Positions 9,166-18,072 of a stretch of 64,000 bases of DNA are shown here, piece after piece. Under the pieces are notes generated by a model. It ran no database searches. It had not been told where the DNA came from and worked only from the letters and a program-made list of their open reading frames with translations. The position numbers and the translations under genes were made by a program. This stretch comes from Candidatus Poribacteria bacterium (GTDB lineage Bacteria > Poribacteria > WGA-4E > WGA-3G), in contig OY762722.1 in assembly GCA_963666305.1 (NCBI GenBank), forward strand, positions 5,092,812-5,156,811. The letters run 5' to 3'. The number at the start of each line of letters is the position of its first letter. The stretch's first letter is position 1.

Positions 9166-10788
9166 CTACTCTCCTTCCCGATACTTCAATTCCTGCCAGA
9201 TGGCGCGCATCTGCCACACATCCATTGAAACGACCTTCGCCTCTCCGCCGATTGCGAAAAGCGAAATACCGTTGCTCTCTTCTTGCTGTGGATAGACGCG
9301 GGCAACGGCGCACTGCCGAGAGAATAAGGGAAACAATTTGTCGATGCCCTTTCTTGGAAATGCCCATTCTGGCTGACACTCTCCATTGTCAGCAAAGACT
9401 TCGATAAGACTTCGGTCGAGAAAGATGCGGAGACGGACCTTGCCGTCGCTGCTCAGACGGAACGGGGCATTTTCTGGGGGTCTACCAACAAGGTCTGTCC
9501 GCAGGGAGGAATAGGATGTGTCGATCTGCAGGCTATCGTTGGTCTTGCCGTGCCTGTGGTTGTAGATAGATATTTTTGTCCGTTCACTTCCATTTGGGGA
9601 GCGGAACACATACAGCCCGAACTCCCGTGCTGTTCCGATGTCAAGGATCATGTCTATTTCAATCGCTTTGCCTGCTGCATTGTCAATGACGCGTTCTTCA
9701 TTTGCCGACAGTGCGATGTCAGTGAGTCGAGTGTGCATGCCACGTAGACTTTTCACCTCTTCTACCGGTTCCATCGCCAGGGCATTGTCCTCTTTCAGCG
9801 TGAGGTGCCACGGGAGGGTCATACACAACCCCGACGCGGCTTCTTCACTCTGCCGCCCATCGGAGCAATTTAAGATGGCGATGAGGCGACCACGGGAATC
9901 TATTGTCGCAGAGGGACAGGAGGCCATCCCTCCACCGAAGGTGCCGTGGTTTATTCTACCGTGATATTCAGGTGTAAACTTGTGTGTTCCAGAGTCGTAT
10001 TCGCCGATGTAGTAGCGCGCCGAACGTTTATGACTGAAGAGGAGCAGGATGTGTTTACCGTTTCCAATAGGCAGGAAATTTGGCACCGCACCATCTTCAC
10101 CCAAGTCGCAGAAAACATCGTCAATCAGCAACGGATGGAGATATTCCCAGTGCGTCAAATCCTTTGAGTAAAAGAGGTGTGAAGCAGATCTGCGCCGTTC
10201 ACGAATCCAACCGTTTGCTGATGTTCCTGAGATCGAATAATACCCGTCCGCTTCTTTCCAGATGCACGGATCAAAGACGTTATAAGGCTGTTCGTATTGA
10301 TTCGTCTCGACATTCGGAATGACTGGATTATTCGGATGCTTTTTCCAGTTGAGTAGGAGTGGATCGTTGGCAGTGGCGATACTATTCCCCGACATTTTAC
10401 CGTGGTAGATAGCGATAACCCGTTCATCTTCTACGAGGCACTGCCCGCTAAAGCAGTGCAGTTCGGTATCTGGATACAACGCGGGCGGGAGATCGTGCCA
10501 GTGCACGAGATCTTCACTATAACAGTGTCCCCAGTGCACTCGATTGACATCCGGCGGACCAAATTGATAAAACAGGTGATACCTGCCCTGCCATTCGCAA
10601 AGCCCGTTTGCATCCCCCATGCCGTAGAGAGAGGACATGTGATATATCGGACGGTAAGGATCTGATGCCCACGCCTCTCGCCTTTTCTTGTAGTCGCGCA
10701 CCGTTTCATCCGTTTCAAGGGCAGCGAATTGCTCTACCTCTGTATCGGGATAGGTTTTACCTCGGAGTCTTTCCCACGTGTCTGTCAT
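9166..10788 (-). CDS. Glycoside hydrolase family 32 protein (divergent)
   Basis: GDANG, YHLFYQ, HWGH, FSG, FDP and C-terminal DRSLIEVF. Confidence 0.85.
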   Translation of the reverse strand: MTDTWERLRGKTYPDTEVEQFAALETDETVRDYKKRREAWASDPYRPIYHMSSLYGMGDANGLCEWQGRYHLFYQFGPPDVNRVHWGHCYSEDLVHWHDLPPALYPDTELHCFSGQCLVEDERVIAIYHGKMSGNSIATANDPLLLNWKKHPNNPVIPNVETNQYEQPYNVFDPCIWKEADGYYSISGTSANGWIRERRRSASHLFYSKDLTHWEYLHPLLIDDVFCDLGEDGAVPNFLPIGNGKHILLLFSHKRSARYYIGEYDSGTHKFTPEYHGRINHGTFGGGMASCPSATIDSRGRLIAILNCSDGRQSEEAASGLCMTLPWHLTLKEDNALAMEPVEEVKSLRGMHTRLTDIALSANEERVIDNAAGKAIEIDMILDIGTAREFGLYVFRSPNGSERTKISIYNHRHGKTNDSLQIDTSYSSLRTDLVGRPPENAPFRLSSDGKVRLRIFLDRSLIEVFADNGECQPEWAFPRKGIDKLFPLFSRQCAVARVYPQQEESNGISLFAIGGEAKVVSMDVWQMRAIWQELKYREGE

Positions 10789-10800
10789 ATTGGATGACCT

Positions 10801-11511
10801 CTATTCAAAATCTCGCTTATCGCTGTAAGTTTTTGATTTTGCGTGGCGCGAACTACTTCTCAAACTCCACGTCTTGCCAGCAAAATTGCATTCAATAAGT
10901 TGCTGAAAAATTGGATGGCGCGGTGATGGTTTGAGTTCAAGTCGATCTGTAGCAGATGAGAACGGATAACTCTCCGTCTCACCCGCGAGAATAGCGAAGA
11001 ATTTACCGCGGCTATTTGGAAGAAAGACAGGTCCCCTCCACTCCTGATATTCAGTTATCGGAGGCGTGTCCTGAACAGACATTTCTGCATTGAGGAGAAT
11101 TTCTGTTCTGTCCTGCAATTTGATAGAGGCAGGGAGTTTATTTTCAAGTTGGATATCACCCTGAAAATACGGGGTCTGAAAAAACACCCTTTCCGAGAAA
11201 ACCAAGAGTTTGGACGAATTAAAGGCGTATGGTAGATAATAGCCGTCCATGCTCGTTCCATTTTCGTTGAGACAAACACCAACAGCGATAACAAACTCCC
11301 TAAACTTGAACCCCCGCCATGTAGCATCTATCGCACTGAGTAGTAGGACTGCCTGATCCGCTTCGTGATATGGGAACAGGCGTTCCTTGTGCAACACCGT
11401 TTCCCAGAACGATAAATCCGCTGTGCCGTGGAGTGTGACCTCTCTGACGTTATCTAAATCCGCGGCGTATTGAATGGAGATATTTGAAGGAGTGGCGTTA
11501 CATAATTTCAT
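10801..11511 (-). CDS. Hypothetical protein (possibly acetoacetate decarboxylase-like fold)
   Basis: 236-aa ORF co-oriented with neighbours; fold suggestion is weak. Confidence 0.55.
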   Translation of the reverse strand: MKLCNATPSNISIQYAADLDNVREVTLHGTADLSFWETVLHKERLFPYHEADQAVLLLSAIDATWRGFKFREFVIAVGVCLNENGTSMDGYYLPYAFNSSKLLVFSERVFFQTPYFQGDIQLENKLPASIKLQDRTEILLNAEMSVQDTPPITEYQEWRGPVFLPNSRGKFFAILAGETESYPFSSATDRLELKPSPRHPIFQQLIECNFAGKTWSLRSSSRHAKSKTYSDKRDFE

Positions 11512-11643
11512 ATCCTTTAGGTGAGTATAATGGGTAATTCGGAAATCAGGGGATGCAGGAGACTTGAAGCTGATACCCAGAATTCAGCATCAAGTCCCCA
11601 GTATCAAATAGGGAAATAGCAGCAAAAAAACAGATGATTCTTG

Positions 11644-12387
11644 TCAATCGGAATGACCTTTCAGTCTTGCCCATAGCGTTGTTAATTTGCTTGTAGCTTC
11701 AACCGACAACCCTGATCCGCCACCAAATTTGACATCAATCTCAAATTCATGAATTGTCTCGTGCACATCCCGTTCTCTGGGTGTGACAGGTTTCTTCCAA
11801 CGGTCTTTGTTCGGTTTTCCTTTCGGGACTTTCGTTGCTTCAACATCGGGCATTGAATCCACAATTTTCGACACATCCCATACAGGAATTTCGCCTACAG
11901 GAGAGAGTGTTGCGATATTGGCTGAACGTCCGATTTCAACCCCATTCAGCCAGAGGATGTAGGAATCGTCATAGTCAATCCGAAACATAACTTTTTTCGT
12001 TGTGACCGCCTCAGGCACATCGAAGTGATAGCGCGTGTAAAGTGAACCGACCTCCCCCGATTTGATTTCCGTATTGTCATCACCATCACCGTACCCGATG
12101 CTGGTGATGTCCTTTTTCCAGTTCGTATCGTCAAATTCGAGTTCAGTCCAACCCTCAACGTCTTCGTCAGGAACATGATACTTCACCTCAAAGCCCTCGT
12201 CAAAAATAACATCCTTTCCGACAGTGAGTTGAATAATCAGGGTCATATCACTACTGCTAAATCCGTCATTATAACACCCCGCAGCGAGCACATTATCCTT
12301 TGTAAAGATCTTAGGGGTATCAAGGGCATAAGATAGAGATGCGAATACACAGCAGAGGCATAGGTAAAAGAGAATTTTTCTAATCAT
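11644..12387 (-). CDS. Secreted beta-sandwich protein with C-terminal VExxSKLTTLWAxLK motif
   Basis: Signal peptide; FDDTNW..IGYGD and DYDDSYILWLNGVEIGR; shared tail. Confidence 0.75.
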   Translation of the reverse strand: MIRKILFYLCLCCVFASLSYALDTPKIFTKDNVLAAGCYNDGFSSSDMTLIIQLTVGKDVIFDEGFEVKYHVPDEDVEGWTELEFDDTNWKKDITSIGYGDGDDNTEIKSGEVGSLYTRYHFDVPEAVTTKKVMFRIDYDDSYILWLNGVEIGRSANIATLSPVGEIPVWDVSKIVDSMPDVEATKVPKGKPNKDRWKKPVTPRERDVHETIHEFEIDVKFGGGSGLSVEATSKLTTLWARLKGHSD

Positions 12388-12630
12388 GGAAATATCTCCC
12401 TATTGGTCTAATCATGGAAATATCTCCCTATTGGTCTAATCATGGAAATATCTCCCTATTGGTCTAATCATGGAAATATCTCCCTATTGGTCTAATCATG
12501 GAAATATCTCCCTATTGGTCTAATCATGGAAATATCTCCCTATTGGTCTAATCATGGAAATATCTCCCTATTGGTCTAATCATGGAAATATCTCCCTATT
12601 GGTCTAATCATGGAAATATCTCCCTATTGG
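12379..12630. repeat. Perfect tandem repeat, 9 x 28 bp (tctaatcatggaaatatctccctattgg)
   Basis: Nine identical units counted directly, no spacers; on the minus strand each unit holds AGGGAG + ATG. Confidence 0.95.
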
Positions 12631-12821
12631 TTTCAAAGCATTCAGAGCGAAAAATAAAATCTCAGAGACATTCTTCCGATCGATTGCCTGATAATAGCAA
12701 ATTTGACGGACATCGTCAATGAAAAATCAAACTGATTTTCCATTGACTTATCTGCCTAAAACCTATATCCGTTTTAAAATCCTACTGCTATAACGTGCAC
12801 AAGTGCGGTGCCTATTGGAAA

Positions 12822-14381
12822 TTAAGCATAGATGTTCTGCATCTGCCAAGCATCTAAGGATTTGAGTTCACAGGCTTGCCCTTGTGAGCGCAGTGATACA
12901 CCGACACTCTCTTCCTTGTCGGGATAAACGCGCATCGCCACACACTGCTTCCCATTCGCGAAGACTTCTACAACGCTTTTGTCAACAAATACCCGTAATT
13001 TGAGAGTCTCGTCTTGTGCAATGGAGACGGCTCCGGTTTCCGGTGCACGTGAAAGGACATCCGACGCGACTGATGAATACGAGGAGTCGATCGTGAGTAG
13101 ACTGTCGCGCACGCGATCCGGCACATCTGGGTTGCGCATACCGCGCTCTCTGAAGAACGCAATACGGGTGAACTCTTCCTTCTGCGGTGACCGAAGGACA
13201 TTTAGTTCAACCATCGGTGCCGATTTCGGATCGATTTCGAGTTCAAGTTCCATCGCGTTGCCGTTTATGCCTTCCAGCACGACCTCCTCGTTTGCGGGAA
13301 GCGTCATCGCATTGACACGCTGATGCGCATACCGTAGCGATTCAATGTCGCCAGCGGGCTCAACGCCGACTTCATCTCTGGAGAGGAGAGTGAGGCGACG
13401 CGGCAGTGTCATAATCTGATTCCAACCTTTGGTAGGCTTCGCTGGATTCATATTGTAAATAACAATAAGACCGCCGTTACCGTCAGGTGTAGCAGAAGGT
13501 GCGTGAACACCGGCAGGGGAAGCCGCCCCGAAGTTATTCTTTGCACCTGCTGTCACGACAAATTTATCGCGCTCAGTATCATAATCACCGAGTAGATACT
13601 GTCCGCCACTCATGTGGCTGAAGAAAAGGAGCATGTGCCGATCACCGATGGGCCAAAAGTAAGGACACGCACCGTCATCACCGACTAAAGTGTACATATC
13701 ATCTTCAATGAAGGGGTGTAGATAGACCCAGTTTGCGAGGTCTGCTGAGCGCAGTAGGAAATTCGCGCGTACCCGTTTACCGCCCGGTCCGTGTGGGAGT
13801 GTGCCACCCGAAAGCGAGTAATACATACCATCTTTTTTCCAGATGCACGGATCGAAAACACGATAGACCGGTGTGGTGCCATCAGCGTGTTGCGATGGGA
13901 CAACCGCTTTTCCAGAAATTTTCTCCCAATTGAGAAGCAATGGATCGCTTGACACTGCTACCATATTGCCGACAACCGTTCCGTGATACATCGCAATCAC
14001 ACGGTCTTCCTCCACAACCGTTGCCCCGGAGAAACAGCATCTTTCAGGATTCGGATATATCGCGTAGGGCAAGTCGCGCCAATGGATGAGGTCGTCGCTG
14101 ATCGCGTGTCCCCAATGCTGACGCGTATCTTCAGGTGGATATGCCTGATAGAAGAGATGCCATCGTCCCTGCCAGAAACAGAGACCGTTCGGATCGTTAA
14201 GCATCGCTTCAGGATTGATATAGTGATAGATTGGACGGTGCGGATCGCCTTCATACGTTTTCCGATAAGCGTTGAGCCGTTGCATCAGTGGATTCGTCTC
14301 CAACGCCGCTTCCTGCTCTTCCAATGTATCTGGGAACGTATAATGTGGTACACGCGAAGTGTAGTCTTCGTTGGTTTCCAT
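12822..14381 (-). CDS. Glycoside hydrolase family 32 protein
   Basis: MLNDPNG, WHLFYQ, HWGHA, FSG, FDP, DKSVVEVF. Confidence 0.9.
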   Translation of the reverse strand: METNEDYTSRVPHYTFPDTLEEQEAALETNPLMQRLNAYRKTYEGDPHRPIYHYINPEAMLNDPNGLCFWQGRWHLFYQAYPPEDTRQHWGHAISDDLIHWRDLPYAIYPNPERCCFSGATVVEEDRVIAMYHGTVVGNMVAVSSDPLLLNWEKISGKAVVPSQHADGTTPVYRVFDPCIWKKDGMYYSLSGGTLPHGPGGKRVRANFLLRSADLANWVYLHPFIEDDMYTLVGDDGACPYFWPIGDRHMLLFFSHMSGGQYLLGDYDTERDKFVVTAGAKNNFGAASPAGVHAPSATPDGNGGLIVIYNMNPAKPTKGWNQIMTLPRRLTLLSRDEVGVEPAGDIESLRYAHQRVNAMTLPANEEVVLEGINGNAMELELEIDPKSAPMVELNVLRSPQKEEFTRIAFFRERGMRNPDVPDRVRDSLLTIDSSYSSVASDVLSRAPETGAVSIAQDETLKLRVFVDKSVVEVFANGKQCVAMRVYPDKEESVGVSLRSQGQACELKSLDAWQMQNIYA

Positions 14382-14483
14382 CTTTTCTCCTCTGTTGTGT
14401 AATATCTACAAAATTCTGTGGCTTTTAGCATAGCACAGAAGTCGTTGAATGTCCACAAATTTTAACTGTATTCTCATTTTGAA

Positions 14484-14512
14484 TTGACTTAGTTTTTTAA
14501 CTATGCTATACT
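14484..14512 (+). promoter_or_regulatory. Sigma70-type promoter
   Basis: TTGACT-17 bp-TATACT with extended TG. Confidence 0.6.
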
Positions 14513-14577
14513 GCGGGGATACCGTTTTAGCCCGACAGTTGATACGGCACATTCAATTGTCAAAGGAGAACGAAACG

Positions 14578-15573
14578 ATGGACAAACCTGAGAAACAACC
14601 CCATCAAAAGGCGACGATGCACGTCGGTGTTCAAGGCATCGGAACATCTTCTAAAGAGTTGGAATTCCTCCTGCGCCACGGTGTAACGCACATGGATGCC
14701 TCCGTTGGGGATACTGAAACCGAAACGCTGGTTCGACACAAAGCGGAAGCGGCAGAAGCGGGTGTCAGCCTTGAAATGATTCATATCGGGCTTCCAAGGA
14801 GCATTACGCTTGCCCAAGATCCGCAGCGCGATACGGATATTGATGCCGTTTGCAAAATGATTGAGAATGCTGCCGCTGCTGGATTGCGAGGATTAAATTA
14901 TAATTTTTGCATCCTAAACCATCAGCGGACAGAGAGCACACCCGGACGTGGCGGCTCAAGTTACAGCACGTTTGACCTCTCCAAATACGACAACGCAACG
15001 CTTTCAGAGGCGGGTGAGGTGAGTCGCGAAGAAGCATTTGATCGGATCGCGTATTTCATCGAGCGTGTGATTCCAGTCGCTGAGGCAAACCGAATCCAGC
15101 TGGCGTGCCACCCGAACGATCCACCCGCGCCCATTCTGAGAGGCGTTGAACGATGGAATTACCCCATTTTTGACGGTTTGAAACGTTTCGCTGAAATTGT
15201 GGATAGTCCGTATCACGGCTTTAATTTTTGCTGTGGCACAGTGTCAGAGGGTTTAGATGATCCAAGCACCGAGTTCTACGAAATCCTCCGCTATTTCGGC
15301 GAGCAGAAAAAACTTTTTAACATTCACTTTCGTAATATTCGCGGTGGACTGCACAACTTCCAAGAGGTATGGCCCGACGAGGGACACTTGGACATGCACC
15401 AGGTTGCACAGACGCTTCGAGATGTAGAATACCCCTACATGTTAATGCCCGACCACGCACCAGGGCATCCAGATGATCCATCGCCACCCGGTGTTTCAGG
15501 TAGGGTTCGACAGGCGTGGGCATTCCAGTTCGGATACATTATCGCTCTGATTCAGGCGGTAAACTCGGTATAG
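14578..15573 (+). CDS. uxuA: Mannonate dehydratase (UxuA) family protein
   Basis: LACHPNDPP, NFCCG, IHFRN, MPDHAP motifs; AAGGAG before ATG 14578. Confidence 0.75.
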   Translation: MDKPEKQPHQKATMHVGVQGIGTSSKELEFLLRHGVTHMDASVGDTETETLVRHKAEAAEAGVSLEMIHIGLPRSITLAQDPQRDTDIDAVCKMIENAAAAGLRGLNYNFCILNHQRTESTPGRGGSSYSTFDLSKYDNATLSEAGEVSREEAFDRIAYFIERVIPVAEANRIQLACHPNDPPAPILRGVERWNYPIFDGLKRFAEIVDSPYHGFNFCCGTVSEGLDDPSTEFYEILRYFGEQKKLFNIHFRNIRGGLHNFQEVWPDEGHLDMHQVAQTLRDVEYPYMLMPDHAPGHPDDPSPPGVSGRVRQAWAFQFGYIIALIQAVNSV

Positions 15574-15650
15574 TCAGTTAATCAGTTTCAGTTATAGGGA
15601 CACAGTCTTTTTCAAAACGTCCCATAATGGTAAATTCATAGGAGGAAAAA

Positions 15651-16433
15651 ATGAAATCCATTATAGTTTGCTTAGCGATCATCACCATCAGTCTGACCCT
15701 CACAATACAAACTTATGCGGAGATCGACCTTGGAACCGCAAGAGGTATTTGGCTACTTGACGAAGGTGAAGGCACTATTATTAACGATATGTCTGGAAAC
15801 GAAAATCACGGTGAACTTCAGGGCGGAGAATGGGTCGACGGACCAGATGGTCCTGCTCTAAGTTTGAACGGGCAAGACGATCGTGTTATCATCGCAGACT
15901 CCGACAGTATGTATCTGGAAAAGGCATGGACGATCACCGCCTGGACTTTTGTAAATAGCACCGAAAACGGTTTTGGACATATTCTCGGCAAAAGACCCGC
16001 ATCTGGAACGGTGGCAAATTACGCTTTCAGGACCAGCGGCAATGGCACCGGCTGGGAAGCATACTATTCGCGAGGCGGATGGAAAGGTGCTTGGAATCAA
16101 GGAACCGTAAAGAAAGATGAATGGCTGTATATGACCGCCACTTATGACGGGGAAGATACCATCAAAATCTATGAAAATGGATCTGAAATCGGTTCTGTCA
16201 GCGGCCATGGTGGACCAGCACCTCGGAATGATACTGACACCAACATCGGCGGATGGACCAACAACACCTCAGAGACGCTTGACGGTATGCTCTATGAGGT
16301 CGCAATTTTTAGTGTCGTGCTGGCAGAAGAAGACATAAACGCTCTGATGGATAATGGGCTCCCATCGCTACTCACTGCAGTTGAACCTTCTGGTAAACTC
16401 GCAACGACATGGGCAAACCTGAAATCTCAATAA
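15651..16433 (+). CDS. Secreted LamG-like protein with C-terminal VEPSGKLATTWANLK
   Basis: Signal peptide, WLLDEG, LamG pattern, AGGAGG RBS. Confidence 0.85.
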   Translation: MKSIIVCLAIITISLTLTIQTYAEIDLGTARGIWLLDEGEGTIINDMSGNENHGELQGGEWVDGPDGPALSLNGQDDRVIIADSDSMYLEKAWTITAWTFVNSTENGFGHILGKRPASGTVANYAFRTSGNGTGWEAYYSRGGWKGAWNQGTVKKDEWLYMTATYDGEDTIKIYENGSEIGSVSGHGGPAPRNDTDTNIGGWTNNTSETLDGMLYEVAIFSVVLAEEDINALMDNGLPSLLTAVEPSGKLATTWANLKSQ

Positions 16434-16436
16434 CAC

Positions 16437-16525
16437 AGGACTTACGCAAAATTGATGGCATACTCATAAAATGTTGGCGAGGTTAGGAAACCTCGTTAGC
16501 AAATACAGGGATATGCGTTAGTTCT
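16437..16525. mobile_element. Small MITE-like element carrying a REP-like hairpin
   Basis: Ends aggacttacgca / tgcgttagttct (10/12 inverted match); internal cgaggtt-agga-aacctcg palindrome also found at 44026. Confidence 0.5.
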
Positions 16526-16569
16526 ATAATAGTTGGATCAATGGTACACTCAACTTTTAGGAGGTAAAC

Positions 16570-17352
16570 ATGAAATCCATTATAGTTTGCTTAGCGATCA
16601 TCACCATCAGTCTAACCTTCACAGCACAAACTTATGCGGAGATCGACTTTGGAACCGCAAGAGGCATTTGGTTACTCGACGAAGGTAAAGGCGATAAAAT
16701 TGAGGATATTTCTGGAAACGAGAATCACGGTGAACTCCAAGGCGGAGAATGGATCAAAGGACCAGATGGTCCCGCCTTAAGTTTAAACGGACAAAACGAT
16801 CGGGTTATCATCGCGGACTCCGATAGTATGTATCTGGAAGAGGCGTGGTCAATTACTTCATGGGTGCATGTCAATAAATCCGAGAACGGTTATGGACATA
16901 TTCTCGGCAAAAGACCCGCGGCGGGTACAGTGGCAAATTACGCATTCAGGACAAGCAGCTCCGGCACCGGTTGGGAAGCGTACTTTGCGAACGGCGGCTG
17001 GAAAGGGGCTTGGAATCAAAGTCAAGTGAAAAAAGATGAATGGTTGTATATGACGGCAACTTATGACGCAAAGGATACCATCAAGATCTACGAAAATGCT
17101 GAGGAGATCGCTTCTGTTGGTGGGATGGGTAAACCCGCACCACAGAATGATACTGATGTCAATATCGGTGGTTGGACCAACAACACCTCAGAGACCCTTG
17201 ACGGTATACTCTATGAGGTCGCAATTTTCGCTTCCGTCCTGGAACAAGAGGATATAGAAGAACTAATGGAAAAGGGGATGCTGACTCTATTGCCCGTTGA
17301 GCCTGCTGACAAACTTGCCACTACATGGGGTAGCATCAAATCTCGGCAATAG
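16570..17352 (+). CDS. Secreted LamG-like protein, tandem paralog, C-terminal VEPADKLATTWGSIK
   Basis: Same length (260 aa) and highly similar to 15651-16433. Confidence 0.85.
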   Translation: MKSIIVCLAIITISLTFTAQTYAEIDFGTARGIWLLDEGKGDKIEDISGNENHGELQGGEWIKGPDGPALSLNGQNDRVIIADSDSMYLEEAWSITSWVHVNKSENGYGHILGKRPAAGTVANYAFRTSSSGTGWEAYFANGGWKGAWNQSQVKKDEWLYMTATYDAKDTIKIYENAEEIASVGGMGKPAPQNDTDVNIGGWTNNTSETLDGILYEVAIFASVLEQEDIEELMEKGMLTLLPVEPADKLATTWGSIKSRQ

Positions 17353-17366
17353 CCTAAGCAAGACGG

Positions 17367-17410
17367 GCGCAACTGGCATGCCAATTGAATGACCAGTTGC
17401 GCCGGTTTTG
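17367..17410 (+). terminator. Probable intrinsic terminator
   Basis: ggcgcaactgg ... ccagttgcgcc 11-bp stem followed by a short T run. Confidence 0.55.
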
Positions 17411-17435
17411 CAGATGTTCACCTTAGAGAAACAGC

Positions 17436-17687
17436 ATGGCTGTGTATATTGAACGCGCACGAAAACTGAGCCGTCAGGCATCCGATGACATTGACCATGG
17501 TAGGCTTGAGGCAGCGAAAATTGCCTTAAACAAAGCGATTCGCTTCGCACCGGATTTGGCAGCACCACACACCAATCTCTCAATAGTGACCGCCAATTCG
17601 GAGGACGTAGATGTCGACAACCTTCAAACAGCACCAGTAGGTACTCCGCTCGGTGTTCCTACTGTATGGTGTGAAATAGTGGATTAA
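17436..17687 (+). pseudogene. Short TPR-like fragment
   Basis: GRLEAAKIALNKAIRFAPDLAAPHTNL resembles one TPR unit, then degenerates. Confidence 0.4.
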
Positions 17688-17860
17688 CGAATATACAATG
17701 TTGCCACTTTATGAATGATGTTATTTTCATCTTGCTTTATTTTTCCCATCAGGATATAATACTCATATCAGGACACTAATAAGTAATAAATAAGCTTAAC
17801 TTGATGCGATTTTTCAGTCATATAATCTGGGTCGCTTTGCTAAGATAGCAACTTAGGTTA

Positions 17861-18051
17861 ACCCAAGTTGCCAGTTTCCATTTACTTAGAAGAAACACCC
17901 AAGCAAAAACCCTCTACGGGGTGCAGTTCCTTAAATACCCGATTTTCTATTCTCACTGCGAAGCAATACCACCCCTACGGGGTGTAAGAGATGTTTTTCC
18001 TTGAAAAATCCGTGTTGAAACGTCCATGACCTATTAGGTGGCAACTTGGAT
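17861..18051. mobile_element. 191-bp MITE with 13-bp TIRs and 7-bp target duplication
   Basis: acccaagttgcca / tggcaacttggat (12/13); taggtta at 17854-17860 and 18052-18058. Confidence 0.7.
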
Positions 18052-18072
18052 TAGGTTAATATGGAGATTACT

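Noticed and set aside
12379-12630. 28-bp repeats as a CRISPR array
   Set aside because: Units are head-to-tail with no spacers, and no cas genes are present in the window.
17376-17390. tggcat-N5-ttga as a sigma54 promoter
   Set aside because: Mismatch at the -12 GC, and it lies within a terminator-like hairpin.
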